The translations under genes and the position numbers were made by a program. Below the pieces are notes generated by a model. The model was not told the origin of the DNA. It searched no databases and worked only from the letters and a program-made list of their open reading frames with translations. A stretch of DNA of 64,000 bases from Paragordius varius (Eukaryota > Animalia > Nematomorpha), in NCBI GenBank assembly GCA_964247055.1, contig OZ176052.1:9796001-9860000 (forward strand), given 5' to 3'. Shown here piece after piece: positions 1 through 13,300 of the stretch; positions within the stretch are counted from its first letter, which is position 1; each line of letters begins with the position of its first letter.

Positions 1-3
1 TAG

Positions 4-2803
4 GTCAGTTAACTCAAAGACCACCTGAGCCCAGTCGTCCGTCTTATTTGGAACGATCATTTATGGATAGAACTAATATTAGTACAACGTTTCCAAAATT
101 TTCGTATCAGATTGTAGGTACGTACAATCCATTCAAACAACAACTCAACATATTTCAACCGTTTGTTTGGCTCAACTACACTTTTGACAATGGCGATGAT
201 GCCCCCCTGTCAAGCTGTAGTCTCCCCTGTGAAGAAAATGAAATTAAAATAACCATAAATCTTACATGTTGTTGGGTGTGTTTAAAGTGTCAAGCAAATG
301 AATTCTTCTCCATTAAATTACAACGATGTGAAATGTGTCCACACTTTACACGACCTGACCCGGCAAGCCTCTATAGTTGTTTAGCTCTCCCTTAAAAAAT
401 TATAAGTCAAGATTTTAAATTGTGGCGTAATTTATTATCAGTTATGATGGGCATTTCTCTTCTGTACTTTGTACTTTACATTACGTTTTTCACTACCAAT
501 TTTAGGACGCTTACGTTTCGGAATGAGTTTAAAGCCTTAGTTTATTTCCAAAGTCTGGGTATATGCATGGGTATAATTGCGACATTTCTATATATCATAG
601 TACCTCCTAACTATCGAATTTGTGTCGCGGCCCAATTTTTATTACAACTTGCGCTAAGTATGAATTACGCCGCATTAGCGGCCAAATTATACATTATTTC
701 ACAGGTTATGCGTAAACGAAGCACTGAATACAATTCGGTCGCCCCATCTCACATTTACACAAGCGTCACAAATGCCAACCACCCTAAGTCAAATGCTGGT
801 AAACAAACAATTAATGATTCTAATCATCTAAACAATGTTATTAACACAACCATGATTTCAGACCTAAAGATATCAGCAACACCAAAAGATATTACACAAA
901 ATAGTTCTAATAAAAAACAACAAATTAAATTTGTTCATCTCAGAGCTTTTATATGGATGCCAATGCTTATGACCATTTTACAAGTATTATTAACTTAAAA
1001 ACTTACATTCAAAATTTGATCATTCGACCTTTTATTACTGTTTTGTAAACTAAACTGTTTTCAAAAGCTTTTCTAATTAAACCAATGGTATACTAGGGAT
1101 ATACAAATTTTTTAAGAGTCGCCTTAGAATCTAATTATGATGGCCAAAAAACTCAATCAAATCTTTAATGATCGTCCCATATATGGTAGTTAGATTCATA
1201 AAAAATAAATGTTTGTTATATTTTTTAAACTTTTTATATAATTCAAAACACATAAACAGAGAAAAATGCTCTACCTACTGAGTTAGCTGAAATATTTGTT
1301 GAGGACTAGGATAAAATATGCGCAATTTAATGGTTAGCTTCTGTAGCATATACCGGTAAAATATCGGACCATTCCCACTATAAGCTTAATAAAATTAAAT
1401 TGGTGCCTTGGCAAGACTTGTAAAAAGTTCGCAATGGCCAAATGCGACCCCTTTTTTGTATACGTAGTATAGTGAATTTTGTAAAACATCAATAGATTGT
1501 GCTAAATAATTTTGATAAATATCTTAAGGATAAAAATTATCGTTTATCAACGTTGCTGTTAATGAGTTTAATTGGTCATAAATACATTATTTGATCGTAG
1601 CTTCCTTATGACCAGTTGCTTAGCTTGCATTTCTAGCGCCCGGTGCATGAATCGATGATGGCGCCCCCTCCGTGGTTTTTTTATGTATTATTTAAAGTAA
1701 TAACTTTTAAATACCTGTTTTAAATTTAAAAATATTAAAATTCGGCACCCCTACAACTATGCGCCTGGTGGATTCCCTTTTCCCTCCCCTAGCTACCCCT
1801 CTGACTATGACAGCTTCCAAAAAAATCGGTCAAAATACTTTAATGTATTTCTATCATATGGTCTATGAAAGCCAACACAAGTAATAAAGTTGTCATGTAA
1901 AAGAGTACTGGAGATGTGATTATTTTTAAGTGTGATATTGAATTATTAGGATTTTAGAGTAAAGTGATTGGTAAGTAGTCAAACTGGTTTTTATTTTGTG
2001 AGAGGCAGTCTTTAATATATAATTTAAATTATTAAATTTGTTCCATTTAAAATATTTTAAATAAAAGTATATATATATTATTTGTTTGCTCATTAAAAAT
2101 TAATTTTTAAATACGCTTAAAAAGCTTCCTTTTACCATTTTTAATAAATACTAGTTATACAAATCAGATTCTGTATTTTAATAATATTATTTTTATTAAT
2201 CTTTAGATTACTTTAAACATAATATTCGTGTTGATGGGTGCTTTCCCCCCTTTCGAAAGAGAAGTGCAACCATCTCTACGTTTCCGATCTTCAACCATAA
2301 TAGCTAATGCTAACAATAATAAAAACGAGACAAAAGATACCCGTCATTCCCCGCCTCGATCTGTGGCTAACCCAGATAACAGTATTGCAACTCAAATTGG
2401 TTATGTTGAGAGGTGTTGTGGTATATTTCCATTATCCAACCCTGGACGTTTTCTTCAAATGTCCCTGACTGTGTTCCTTATCATGCTCTGTTTCTATTTG
2501 GCTGTCAGGTTAAGACGTTTACCCATCTCAGCCTACAAGGATTATCGGATACAAGTTCTTAACGTTTATTTGGTCGTTACTGTGTCAGCTATTGGGTTAA
2601 TCATTTATGCTGCCCTAAACTCTATGGTAGGAATTATGATTTACCTGTGCCTAGTTGTGGTCCAAATGCTATTCACTGAAATCCTGCAATCCATCAACAA
2701 AATCAAAAATGTTTTGTTCGAAAAAATTCAAAATCAAGGTGGGGGCGGTGGAACTAGTTTGGGAACTACGCTGAATTCGTTGGATTATGCGCTAAGATAT
2801 TAA
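4..2803 (+). CDS. Class C (metabotropic glutamate receptor-like) GPCR, 3' part: cysteine-rich domain + 7TM; exons ~4-983 and 2207-2803; in-frame TAA at 393-395
   Basis: ORF 48-395 has the class C CRD pattern (PLSSCSLPC...CCWVCLKC...C..C...P...C). ORF 420-998 is in the same frame and gives TM1-TM3 (PPNYRIC; YAALAAK, cf. YSALLTK). The phase-0 intron 984-2206 (caa|gtatta...tctttag|att) rebuilds TM4 (ILQ|ITLNIIFVLMGAFPP). TM5-7 follow (LCFYLAVRLRRLP). The Venus-flytrap exons lie upstream of the window. Could be a pseudogene. Confidence 0.85.
1613..1803. mobile_element. hAT-type MITE (family H1) in the GPCR intron
   Basis: Imperfect TIRs (cagttgcttagcttg / tagctacccctctg) and near-identical 8-bp flanks cttatgac/actatgac. 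Homologous, in opposite orientation, to 52291-52514. Confidence 0.7.
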
Positions 2804-4016
2804 GTGTATATTGATATATCTCCAGTTTGGCTAACTGATGATGATCATACATATCGATTGTATAATAATTATGTGATATATAATTAGCCTTGAAAATGGA
2901 TATTAATGAGATAATTACATTTTTATTTTTGTACATATTGAATTATAACGCAAATTCCCTTGCACTTAAGCCAGATAAGTTATAAAAGGGATGATATAAA
3001 TGAGGCTGATATTTAGTTTATTTATTAATTCAAGGAACTGTTATATGATAATATATCAAATTTTGGGTACCCGATGATACTCTTTCAAAATCCAAAATTT
3101 GATGGTCACACGCCATCATCAAAATGAAATTGAGATGCCCGAAACAGCTGATTCAAACAATCTAACATTTTATTTAACAATTTAAATGTTTGCGCCGTAA
3201 TATAACGTTGATTATTTTAAATTATAGATATTTACGAGGCCCCGATTCAAATAAAAGTTTAAACTCAAAAATGAGTTTTTTTAACATTGTGATGGGGAAT
3301 TTAAAATCACGGCCTAAAAACATATTTTTCTTCTATGATATAATGTTTATGAATCCTAATTAATATATTTTTTTGGCAGCAGTAACCTTTTCAGGTTGTA
3401 CAATAATGAATATATATATTGGAGAAATAAAGGTACCCTTTCTAAAGTAACCTTTAAATATCTAAATAAATTTATTGGAATCTATATATACATATAAATT
3501 TTATCGACACTATGATGATGTGTTTACATTAAATAATTTAAATATATATCTAATATATATAAGATAATTTATAACCCAAATTTTATCACATGACTATTTG
3601 AGCTTAATATAAGATAGATTGAATTATAATTTAATGAATGATGATGCTTGATGACTAGTTGCGTTATTAAAAACAATTAAAATTATTATTAAATATCACA
3701 AATAAACTTTGATAAAGGCAAATATAAATAATTTGGTTTAAACTAATCTCACTGGTTAAGATCTATCTTTTATGCTCTAAGCTACTCATAATATACATAT
3801 AATAAAAGTTTTAAAATAATTACCACATTTGTGGATGTATATAGGGGGGCACTATAAAAATAATTATAGATATGTATATTTGGACCATTTTATCATCACA
3901 ATGTTGGTTTTTTATGAGAATCTAATGTTTTTGAGATAAATTCCTTCTAGCTAATGTATATAAGTAAATAATTATATATAGGTACATCCTATATAATAAT
4001 AATAATATAATAATAT

Positions 4017-7000
4017 TTATAATAAAAATATGTCGCTACTGACGATTGAATAGACACGTGAAATGTTTAAGTTTTCCGGATACGGAACCTTAGATTTGTT
4101 TTCATGATCTTTTGTTGGGAGTTTCAACCGCTCTACAATATCATTTTGATACATGCGAAAACATTCAGATTCCATTTTAAGAGCAAGGTCCTTGGTTGCA
4201 CAAGCATACAGAAAATTAGGGTCAAGCAAAGAATCCGGGTTAGGTTTTGTAACGTTGCTTATTGGCTTTCGATTTTCCTTTTCAGAATCTGGCGTAGTTT
4301 TTTCAACCTTCAAAGGAATGGTCATTTCAAGATTCAATTTCCATTCAGGCGGAACGGAATTGACAGCGGCCATTAGCAGACGATGAGCTATCTCAGGCGT
4401 ATCGGCATAAAGAGGTTCAAGAGACATAAATTGTTCTATGGTATTATAATTATCAGCATGACCGTTTTGTGAAACAACATCTTTTGGCGTGTCGCAATTG
4501 CTATTATAACGTGGTCGTATGATTGCGTACCCACAAACAACATTATTGTAAAACTTTTCAAGGTTATCTAGACTTTGGGTCCGTCTCAGAGCCACAATAC
4601 ATCGGCATTTGAATGGCATCTATAAAAAGATGTAAATTATATGTTTAATCATCATATAATGATAATCAAAATCGTCTAATTTGAATTTTTTTATAAAAAA
4701 TAATTCAACTGCACAAACTCTATTTTTATATAAAAAAAGGTATGATTAAGCAATTTTCTTTATTACCAAAATTTATGCTAAAAGCAGTTTAGGATGAGCT
4801 TAAAACCAATTTATGAATATTAAAACTATTTTATAAGCCATTTATTGGTATATAAAAGAAGAGATTGACAAATATCAAACATAAAATAATTGATTATACA
4901 GTGAGAAAGCAAAAAAGCAAAAGGCTGGGTGTAATGGCCTTATAAAACCGGGTATTGACTTTACTATCATTTCAAAATATTTAATAAAAAGTTGAACATC
5001 GTAATAATCAAATATATTAAAATAATATTAATTTACCAACCAATACTGAGGTAGAAATTATTTTTACATCAGGTTCAGCTTTTGGCAAGCGAGTGTTAAA
5101 GTTAAAATCTTTATTGCGCCACTAACCAAGTTCGTATTTTTTCATGAGAAAAGGTAATTATAAACTGTAATTTGATTTTATCACAAAGAAAATACAATAG
5201 ACATCTGGATAATTTGCGTTATAATTAGGCCAAATTTAATTAAAATAACAGGATTCCCTGTTTTGAAGTATATATTAATACTATGAACACTAGATACAAT
5301 TAATATGGAACCGTTTAACCACCTAAAAACACAAATTATAGCATGTTATAAATCCCGCTTATTTACACCGATGCTTTTACATTTTTTAATATTAATTAGG
5401 AGTTCAAAATTTTAGCTAATTTAATAAATAAGGGAAAATTGACAAGTTCAGTTTACAGGCGCGTCATGCATATGTAGCAATTAAATTTTAAAGTGTGATT
5501 CCGGCATTATCTGATTTTAAAATTTTTTATAATGTAATTTAAATTAAAAACTTATTCGATGTAATTAATAATAAATCGACAACATAAAATTTCTATGAAA
5601 ATATTTTTTTGAATTTATCTTTATATGTGGCAAAATTTACTTTTTAATAATTTTTCAGATAATTAAAAGGATTTTGGCTAACACTTTTGATTTGTTAACG
5701 TCTATACCAGGAGTCTTTAACGCACGGCCCTCCGATTATTGCGTCCCATGAAAAAAAATTTCATCCATAATTTGTATTATACAGACAAAATATCATTAAA
5801 ATTGATATTTATTGACAATTTTACAAATAAATTACCCAATTGGCAAAAACTACAAAATTGTTATATTGTGTTTGCATTTTGCGGTGTTTTAGGTCTGACG
5901 AATAAATTATTTATGAAATATAAAATGCGGCCCGCGAAGCCATTGGTGTTGGACAGCGGTGGTCTATTATCATCTTGATAGGACTAACTAGATGTCTTAT
6001 ATAAAAAAATTTTCTCACAAAGTTAACTGCTTAAAATCACAATTTTGGTTTTAAAACGCCAATTAAAAACCTTTTGTTCTGGTACATTTATAACCCAACG
6101 CTAAATATGCTATTATTAAAAAAGCGTGAGAGTAGTTAGTTAGAAAGCCCTTTGCTTTATGCGTATGATATTCAAACCCGGTAACCCCTTAATTATTTAA
6201 ACACCTTCAGCTTGGACAGACTGTTTAAAGCGTCCTTAGTCCTAGTCAACAAAATATAAGTCCTTACAATTTTTAAAAACTAAGAAGGAGCAATTGAGAA
6301 AAATATATTTTGTGTATGAGTATGCACCTACTTGATTGGACATGGTTAAATAAGTTTTCAAAAATATTTCGCGTTTAATTCCGTAATGAATGGCCGTATC
6401 ATATTCTAATATAGATGCTAAATCCAAGTCTCTCCCATCCATAAATGAAATAACGTAGTATTTGGCAGGTCTAGATGTTATATCATCGCTAATCGCGTAT
6501 TTGAATGTATACCTAATCATTTGGTAAAAAAAATATGTTTGATCGGATATATTAATAAAGGTACAATAGTCAAAAACAAAAATTTTAAGACTAATTTTTT
6601 AAAAAAAATGTAACCATAAATATAATTTATCGTTTTTGGTTGCGAAATAAGGAAAATTTAAATGGATGACAAATATTGCATATCTATTAGATGTAGATTA
6701 AAATTGAAATTATACGGAAAACCTTAAAATATTAAGACAAATATTTTTTAAAAAAACAACCATACTAAAATTTTATTAATATTATTTGTTGTTTTGGGTC
6801 GCAAAATAGGGAATAAAGATGTAAATTGTCAATATATGTCATTTAATAATGTAATTAAATAATTTCTGTAGGAAAAATTAAGGTTTGAAGTAGGGTTGTT
6901 TTTTAAAAAAAATATTTGTCCTTATATTTTTGCGTTTTGTTCGTAAATACCAATTTTTACTCTACATCAAAAAATTAAAATTCCGAGCCTTAAAAATGAC

Positions 7001-9456
7001 TAGTTTGCTTTTTAGCTTCATAATTTAATGCTATAAAAATTGAAATTGAGACAAAACGTAATAACATAAATTAGACCGCTATACTTTTATAAACTTTAAA
7101 GTAATTAGAAATTTGCACTTTAGGACAATCAATTATATATTAAACAATATTAATTAATAATAGTTTATATGGGAAATGTAGGTTTAAAAAAAGTTTAGTT
7201 GTCTTTTGAAAAAAAAATTGTCTCGTGTTTATACGTTTTGTCTATACAATTTAAATTTTATTGTATCTTAAATGCATATAAATAGATTTGTGACGGTATT
7301 TAAAAAAAATAAAAATACAAACCTCGCGAGGTCGCCACTGTGCATGTTTAAAACAGATTTATTAAATGCATCATTGATTTTCGTTTTTTCGGACAACTCC
7401 TTAACTTCTAATTTATCGGAATTAAGGAGGGAATCTATTCCCTTATCATTATTGTTGTTTGTTTTTGATCCATTGAAATATACTAGAGTTGTGTGTTGTT
7501 CGGTATTATATTGTATTGCATCCTTGAAATTTGCATTTATGGAATTTCCATTTTCATAGTAAAATTGGATTTTGTTGAAATTAAGTATATCAGCTTTCCG
7601 ATTTATAAATCCATTAAATATGACAACTATAGAAAAATTATAAATTATATTACATTGAATCAAAAAGTGGAGAGATCGCATATTTGAATACAGTATGAGT
7701 TAGTATACATTGCTAGAAAGTTATTAATTATTGCCAATTAGTAAATACAACAAAGGGATTGAATAATAATAGCAAAAAGGGAAAAAATACCTATAAGCCA
7801 ATAATTCTGCCCTTTGTTGTATTTACTATTTGGCAAAAATTAATAACTTTCTAGCAATGTATACTTCCTCATAGCTGTATTTATTTTGCTAAAAATGCGA
7901 ATGATTATAAAAATAAGATATCTCGGTTTAAATTGAAACGAATTTTTAATGTAGCATTGTTCCCATATTTATCTGAGAGATTTGAGAATGGTTTAAAAAT
8001 ATTTTGTATTTTATAGACAAGACAACTGAGAGTTGTATTAAACTGAGTATTTAAGTGACTCAACTTTAATCACTCTATAAAACTGCATGATATAGTAATA
8101 AGTACCCTTAAAAAATGGCTGAGAAAATCCCATTTTTAGATTCGAGGGCACACGAGGCTTAACCGAATTTATTCCCAAACAGCGTGGACCGACGTGTTTA
8201 AGCATTTCATTCCATAAAACTTTGCCAATCCCTTTGAACCGGTGACTTTTTGCGACTAGGTAGAGACCAGCAAACGAATATTTGTCATTCATGTTCATGC
8301 TTAAAACGGCCCCTATTTATATGGTTAAATAAATGTCGATAATCAAATAAAATGACACTATAAGTTTAAAAAGATCCATTCTTCTATGCGTCTAAGTATG
8401 AAAATTAACTCTTTATAGAACAATTAACTTAGTTGATTAGGTATTTAATTACATTTCCTAAAATTTTATTTAAAACTCAGATCTTTTTGGAATAATCAGA
8501 TAACTTTATTGAAAAACAGAATGTTATAGACAATATTTTGATATTTATAGTTGGATTGATTGAGTATCTGGAAAATATAAAGTGGGAGATGTTAATTATA
8601 ATTTATTCAAAAATCCAACTAGTATTAAAACTCTGCGTAAGACCTTGATAAATCAAAGGTTATTAACACCAACTTTAAGAAGGCTAAGCTAAGCGCATTA
8701 ATAACAATCATAAATCTTTTTATGCATATATATGGTTGCTAATGAAGATAAAAGTTTCCGATTATACATTATGAACACTGTTATTTAAACAAGTTAAAAT
8801 CGCACACTTGTTACTTAAACAAGATATCAAAAACGATATTTAAACTTAATAAGGCTAATTTTATTTTATACCAGTAAAAATTAAAATTATACAGACAAAA
8901 CGCAAAAAAGTTAAATATTTTTTTTAAAAGTCAACCATACTTTTTTAAACCGTAAAATTTTTCCTATAAAATCATTTAACGACAATTGTGAAATACATAA
9001 TTAATTGTGTTATATTTATATATATATATATATATATATAATATTTTGCATTTAAAACAATGAGTCATATGCAAAAAAGCCAAGTTTAAAAAAGTACACA
9101 CAGCAGTCTTATGAAAAAAATATTTGTCTATATATGTTATGTTTGTATAATTATATGACTTTTTTCAAATTGTATGTATGAATATAAATCGTAAAAAAAG
9201 AATCGAAACACAAAAAATTATTACCAATAATATTGTTTTCTTTATCGACAGCCAATATGAATCCTTTTGGGTCAATTTGATAACATACGTTAAGGAAGGA
9301 GGCATCATTCGTTGTCCAACCGACTTCATTGTAAACCCATTCTGGTATTTGGGCTATTTCCTCACCCTTTACTACTCTAATAGTGTAACTTATATCTTCT
9401 GTCACTGTTTGATTTGTGGCATTATCTTTTTTCTCTAATTTGCTCTCATCCGCCAT
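4017..9456 (-). CDS. Two-domain GNAT-family N-acetyltransferase (YitH-like architecture), ~508 aa; exons 9456-9225, 8312-8106, 7626-7323, 6512-6332, 4619-4017
   Basis: The five minus-strand ORF pieces join with matching phases (1,1,2,0) at GT-AG sites. Motifs: GW...DPKGFILAV...IIG, FAGLYLV..HRFKGIG (acetyl-CoA motif A), YD....KREIFL, GYAIIR, PLYAD..IAHRLL, FRMY. The exon 4/5 junction is ambiguous (alternative donor at 6327). Confidence 0.87.
5708..5961. mobile_element. hAT (Charlie/Buster-like) MITE (family H2)
   Basis: caggagtctttaac...gcggcccgc...gttggacagcggtg ends; 8-bp flanks gtctatac/gtctatta. Confidence 0.65.
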
Positions 9457-9941
9457 GTTAATTGATTAGATCTTTATATAAATAAAAATTTATAAATTTG
9501 GATCACAGTTGTAGAAGATGTAAAAAAATTAATGTATGCAAAAAAACAATTGTTGGAATTTCAAAAAATGTTTATTAATTTACCAATAAATTATACAGGA
9601 TTTGTATTACGTCTTTTAATTAAATTTAAATGAAACAATTTTTTGATTACTACAAGTAAGTTTATTTAATGGCAAAATCAGCAGTAAATCATTCCAACTA
9701 ACATCATTTTTACTTTATGAACAAGAATGAAATTATGGTAATTTTTGGATGAAATCGATGAAATTTTTTCATTAATAAATTAAAATTATGGAGAGTTGAA
9801 CATTAAAAAGATAGCATAAAAAAATTAACAAAACTAAAAATGTGTTCATAAGTAAAATGCCTAGAGAATTTGATTTATAATATCATATATGGGAAATGGA
9901 TAGAGAAAGAATAGTCAGAAAGACAAATGACTCTACTCGAA

Positions 9942-9981
<40 letters not shown>

Positions 9982-10217
9982 AAATTTGACAATTCTCAAT
10001 AAATAAATTAAAAATACAAACTTTAAAACAACAGAGGCTATAATGGGATTAAATAGTGACATCTTTTTACAGTTTTTTTATTAGCTTATATATGCAGAGA
10101 GACTGACTGGTAAATTTTAGCTAAAATATGGTCGTAATTTTAATTTTCAAATGGATACATGTTTTCTGATTCATTAGTAATCCATTCTAAATCATGTAAA
10201 CCAATTAACTTTCTATA

Positions 10218-10399
10218 CAGTGGCGTATGCAGTAAAAGATTGTTAGTGCAAAGTAATCTTAATGAACACAAAACAGGGGGACAATTTTCATATATTAATT
10301 ATCATTCAGTCCTATTTATAAACATATCCATAATATCCCCCTGTTTTGTGTTCATTAAGATTACTTTGCACTAACAATCTTTTACTGCATACGCCACTG
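10218..10399. mobile_element. Tc1/mariner-type MITE with perfect 64-bp TIRs and TA flanks
   Basis: 10218-10281 is the exact reverse complement of 10336-10399; ends are TA|CAGTGGCG...CGCCACTG|TA. Confidence 0.85.
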
Positions 10400-13300
10400 T
10401 ATATGTTTTTATAATTCTTTTCATATATATTTTTGATGTTTAAAACTTTGTTATTAATTAATTTTTTCCCTACAAATTCTCTCGCAATAATCCTGATAAT
10501 AAAATTACAAATTTTATCAAATGTTATCTTTTGATTTCGGTAGATAACAAGATAAGGCAAATGTGTACTTTGACAAATTGATTTTTATCCAATCGCATTT
10601 GGTTGAAACTACAAAGCATCATGGTTTTTTTTAAAAAAAATGATATATTTATCGATTTGAAAGTTGAAAAATTTGTTTAAACATTGTAAAGTTAGTACTA
10701 CATAGGTTTGGTTATAATACTCAAAAATAAAATATTTATACTGTTTAAAATAATTTCCTCCAAAATATATCATGACTTGCCGACTCTTTAACTAAGCAGC
10801 ATCAAAATAAATATATTGACCTTTAAATCGCATTTTTTCAAAGTAATTCCAATCAATATATCATTGGCAAATTATAATAAAAATGGTTCAAAAATTATAT
10901 TTTCGCAGATCTTATCTAACCACGTTTGTCTCTCCTTTATGCCAACCGCCTACTACTTTTTTAGTTAATTAAAAATATTTGCAATATATTTAGTTATAGA
11001 ATCATATATATAATTAAATTATATTTTAGATTTTATTTCATACTGCCAAAAAATAAAATATACCACTCAAATTAACTTTTTTAACTTTATAAATATTTAT
11101 TTGAAAGTGACTTTTAACATTTTTTCCTTTTAATATTATTTAATTATACCAGGAAAAATTATCCAAAATAACTTGATTTAAAACCTCCTACAGCTTGTTA
11201 GTAAATTTACTTATGTTTGCTAAATGATTTGACTTTTTTTCACTATTTTTATATTAAACATCAAAATTAATAATATTACATTATAACTGTTTGTGAATTC
11301 TAATTTTAAAAATTTGATTCAAACCTTCTTTAAAAATGATATAAAATACCCATATCTAGTCGGTTCTTTTAAATATCAAATGTGAGTAGTTATTTATGCA
11401 ATTCGCCAGTTATTGCGTAAAATAAAAAAATAATAATCATAGAAACGAATATATACAAGAAATAACTTTATGAGTCGACTTAATCACAGAAAAAAAATGA
11501 AAAGATGAGATAATATGAATCTCAAATTATCCGTGATAAATTCTCATGACAAAACGAACGAACGAGCAAAGGAAATCGCAAAGATAAATCGGCCATGCCA
11601 AGCTATAAAATATCACTCTTTAAAATGTTAAAAATAGATGGCTAATAAAAATTAAGATCTAAATATCCCTACAGCTGTTATATTATGTATTTTGAAGATT
11701 ACCCTATAGTATAGACCTAATTATTAAAAATAGAAAAAATGACGCAAAATAATGGTAAAGTTGTTGATTGAATTCCATAATTAAAGATTAATTATTTTTA
11801 CTCAATTAAAGCGTTTATAGTCATTTCGATTTCTATATATGCTATAAGGCAATATCTAATGAAAAGTTAGCAATGTATTGCTTCTTTCGATTTCTACTTC
11901 GAGAGGGAGGGGCCACGCATTTCAAACCACAAAACAAAATAAAACCTTAAACATATTTTACATATAAAAAATGCTTAGGTCCATATAATTTACTAAACCG
12001 ACAATTTGGTTTAATGAGAATATTATAGATATCTAAACATGCGTTAAAAAAAATCATTATTAATTTACATAGAAACATTCAATTATGTTTGAAAAGAAGC
12101 AAAAACAAAAACATATACCTTTTCAATGCCAATATGGATTGAGTTTTGTTGGACGTAAAATGGAAAAATATATGTACAATATGCAAAAAAGTCGAACAAA
12201 TCAAATGATGCGCGTTAGCTGATCGAATAGTCGTCGTGTCTAAACAAAATAAAACGTCATAGTTTTATTGGACAAAATAGCAGTTTTATTTTTTAGCATA
12301 TATATTTATGCTATAAAATAAATATATATCATTTAGCATGTGTAACAAAAGGATCATATAACCATGAAAAAATATTATGCAAGAATAAAAATAATTGCAT
12401 CCAATTAACGAAAAAAATAAAAATAAACTTGATCCAAAAGTATCATCACATTAATCTTATATATTATAATTACAAAGATGACTAAGCATTTTTATACCCA
12501 AATTTATTCTTTAAATATGTATATTGCCGTGTAAATAAAATATTAATTATATATATATACCTGTTCTTTATATCGTTTTTTTTAAAGCAGGCAACCATCC
12601 ACGTCTATACCTTTTTTCTTTTGGATGACGGGAATAAAAAAATTTAGATTTTAATATCTTTCTTATGCAGGCAATTTGGAGTATATCCCTCCATTAAACT
12701 ATTATAAAAAAAAATAACAAAATAAAATATAAGAAAAAGTTTAAAATATTTTATTATTTTTATAATTTTTACCTTTGTGATTATATATACCTGTAAAGGC
12801 CACTTATATTTTTTTACAAACTACATAAAAAGCTAATACAAGAGAAGGCAATTATTTTTTTGTTTGGTATTGGGAAAAAATTGGCACAAATTACACAAAT
12901 ATATATACGTATATTGATAACATTCGTTATAAAAAATATTAACGTTTAAACAAAGTTCATTTGCAAAAGTTTAATTAAATTTGAAACTATTACCGTTATA
13001 TGGAATATGGTCTCAAAAATTACAATGAAATAATTTCTATCTCCAAATAAAATATGAAATATTTTAAATAAAATACTGAAACGTACCGAAAATATGATAA
13101 ATAAAAAAATATTTTTTTTATAATATGCGCAACAGACGTTCTTTAGAGCTAAAAATAAATTTAAAATAGTATTAAAACAATGTATCATTTTTTCATATAT
13201 TACATAACTTTTATTTTTTTTGTCCGTCTATTATACAGGGACGTATGGTAACATAAAACAAATGGTTATAATTTAACAATTTTTCCCTCTGTTATAACAT

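Noticed and set aside
5041-5165. Exon-like GC-richer patch in GNAT intron 4 (possible extra exon on either strand)
   Set aside because: Several phase solutions exist and none is clearly better; the gene joins without it.
10159-10560. Two opposite-strand ORFs sharing YSGVCSKRLLVQSNLNEHKTGG
   Set aside because: The shared peptide is just the two arms of the MITE.
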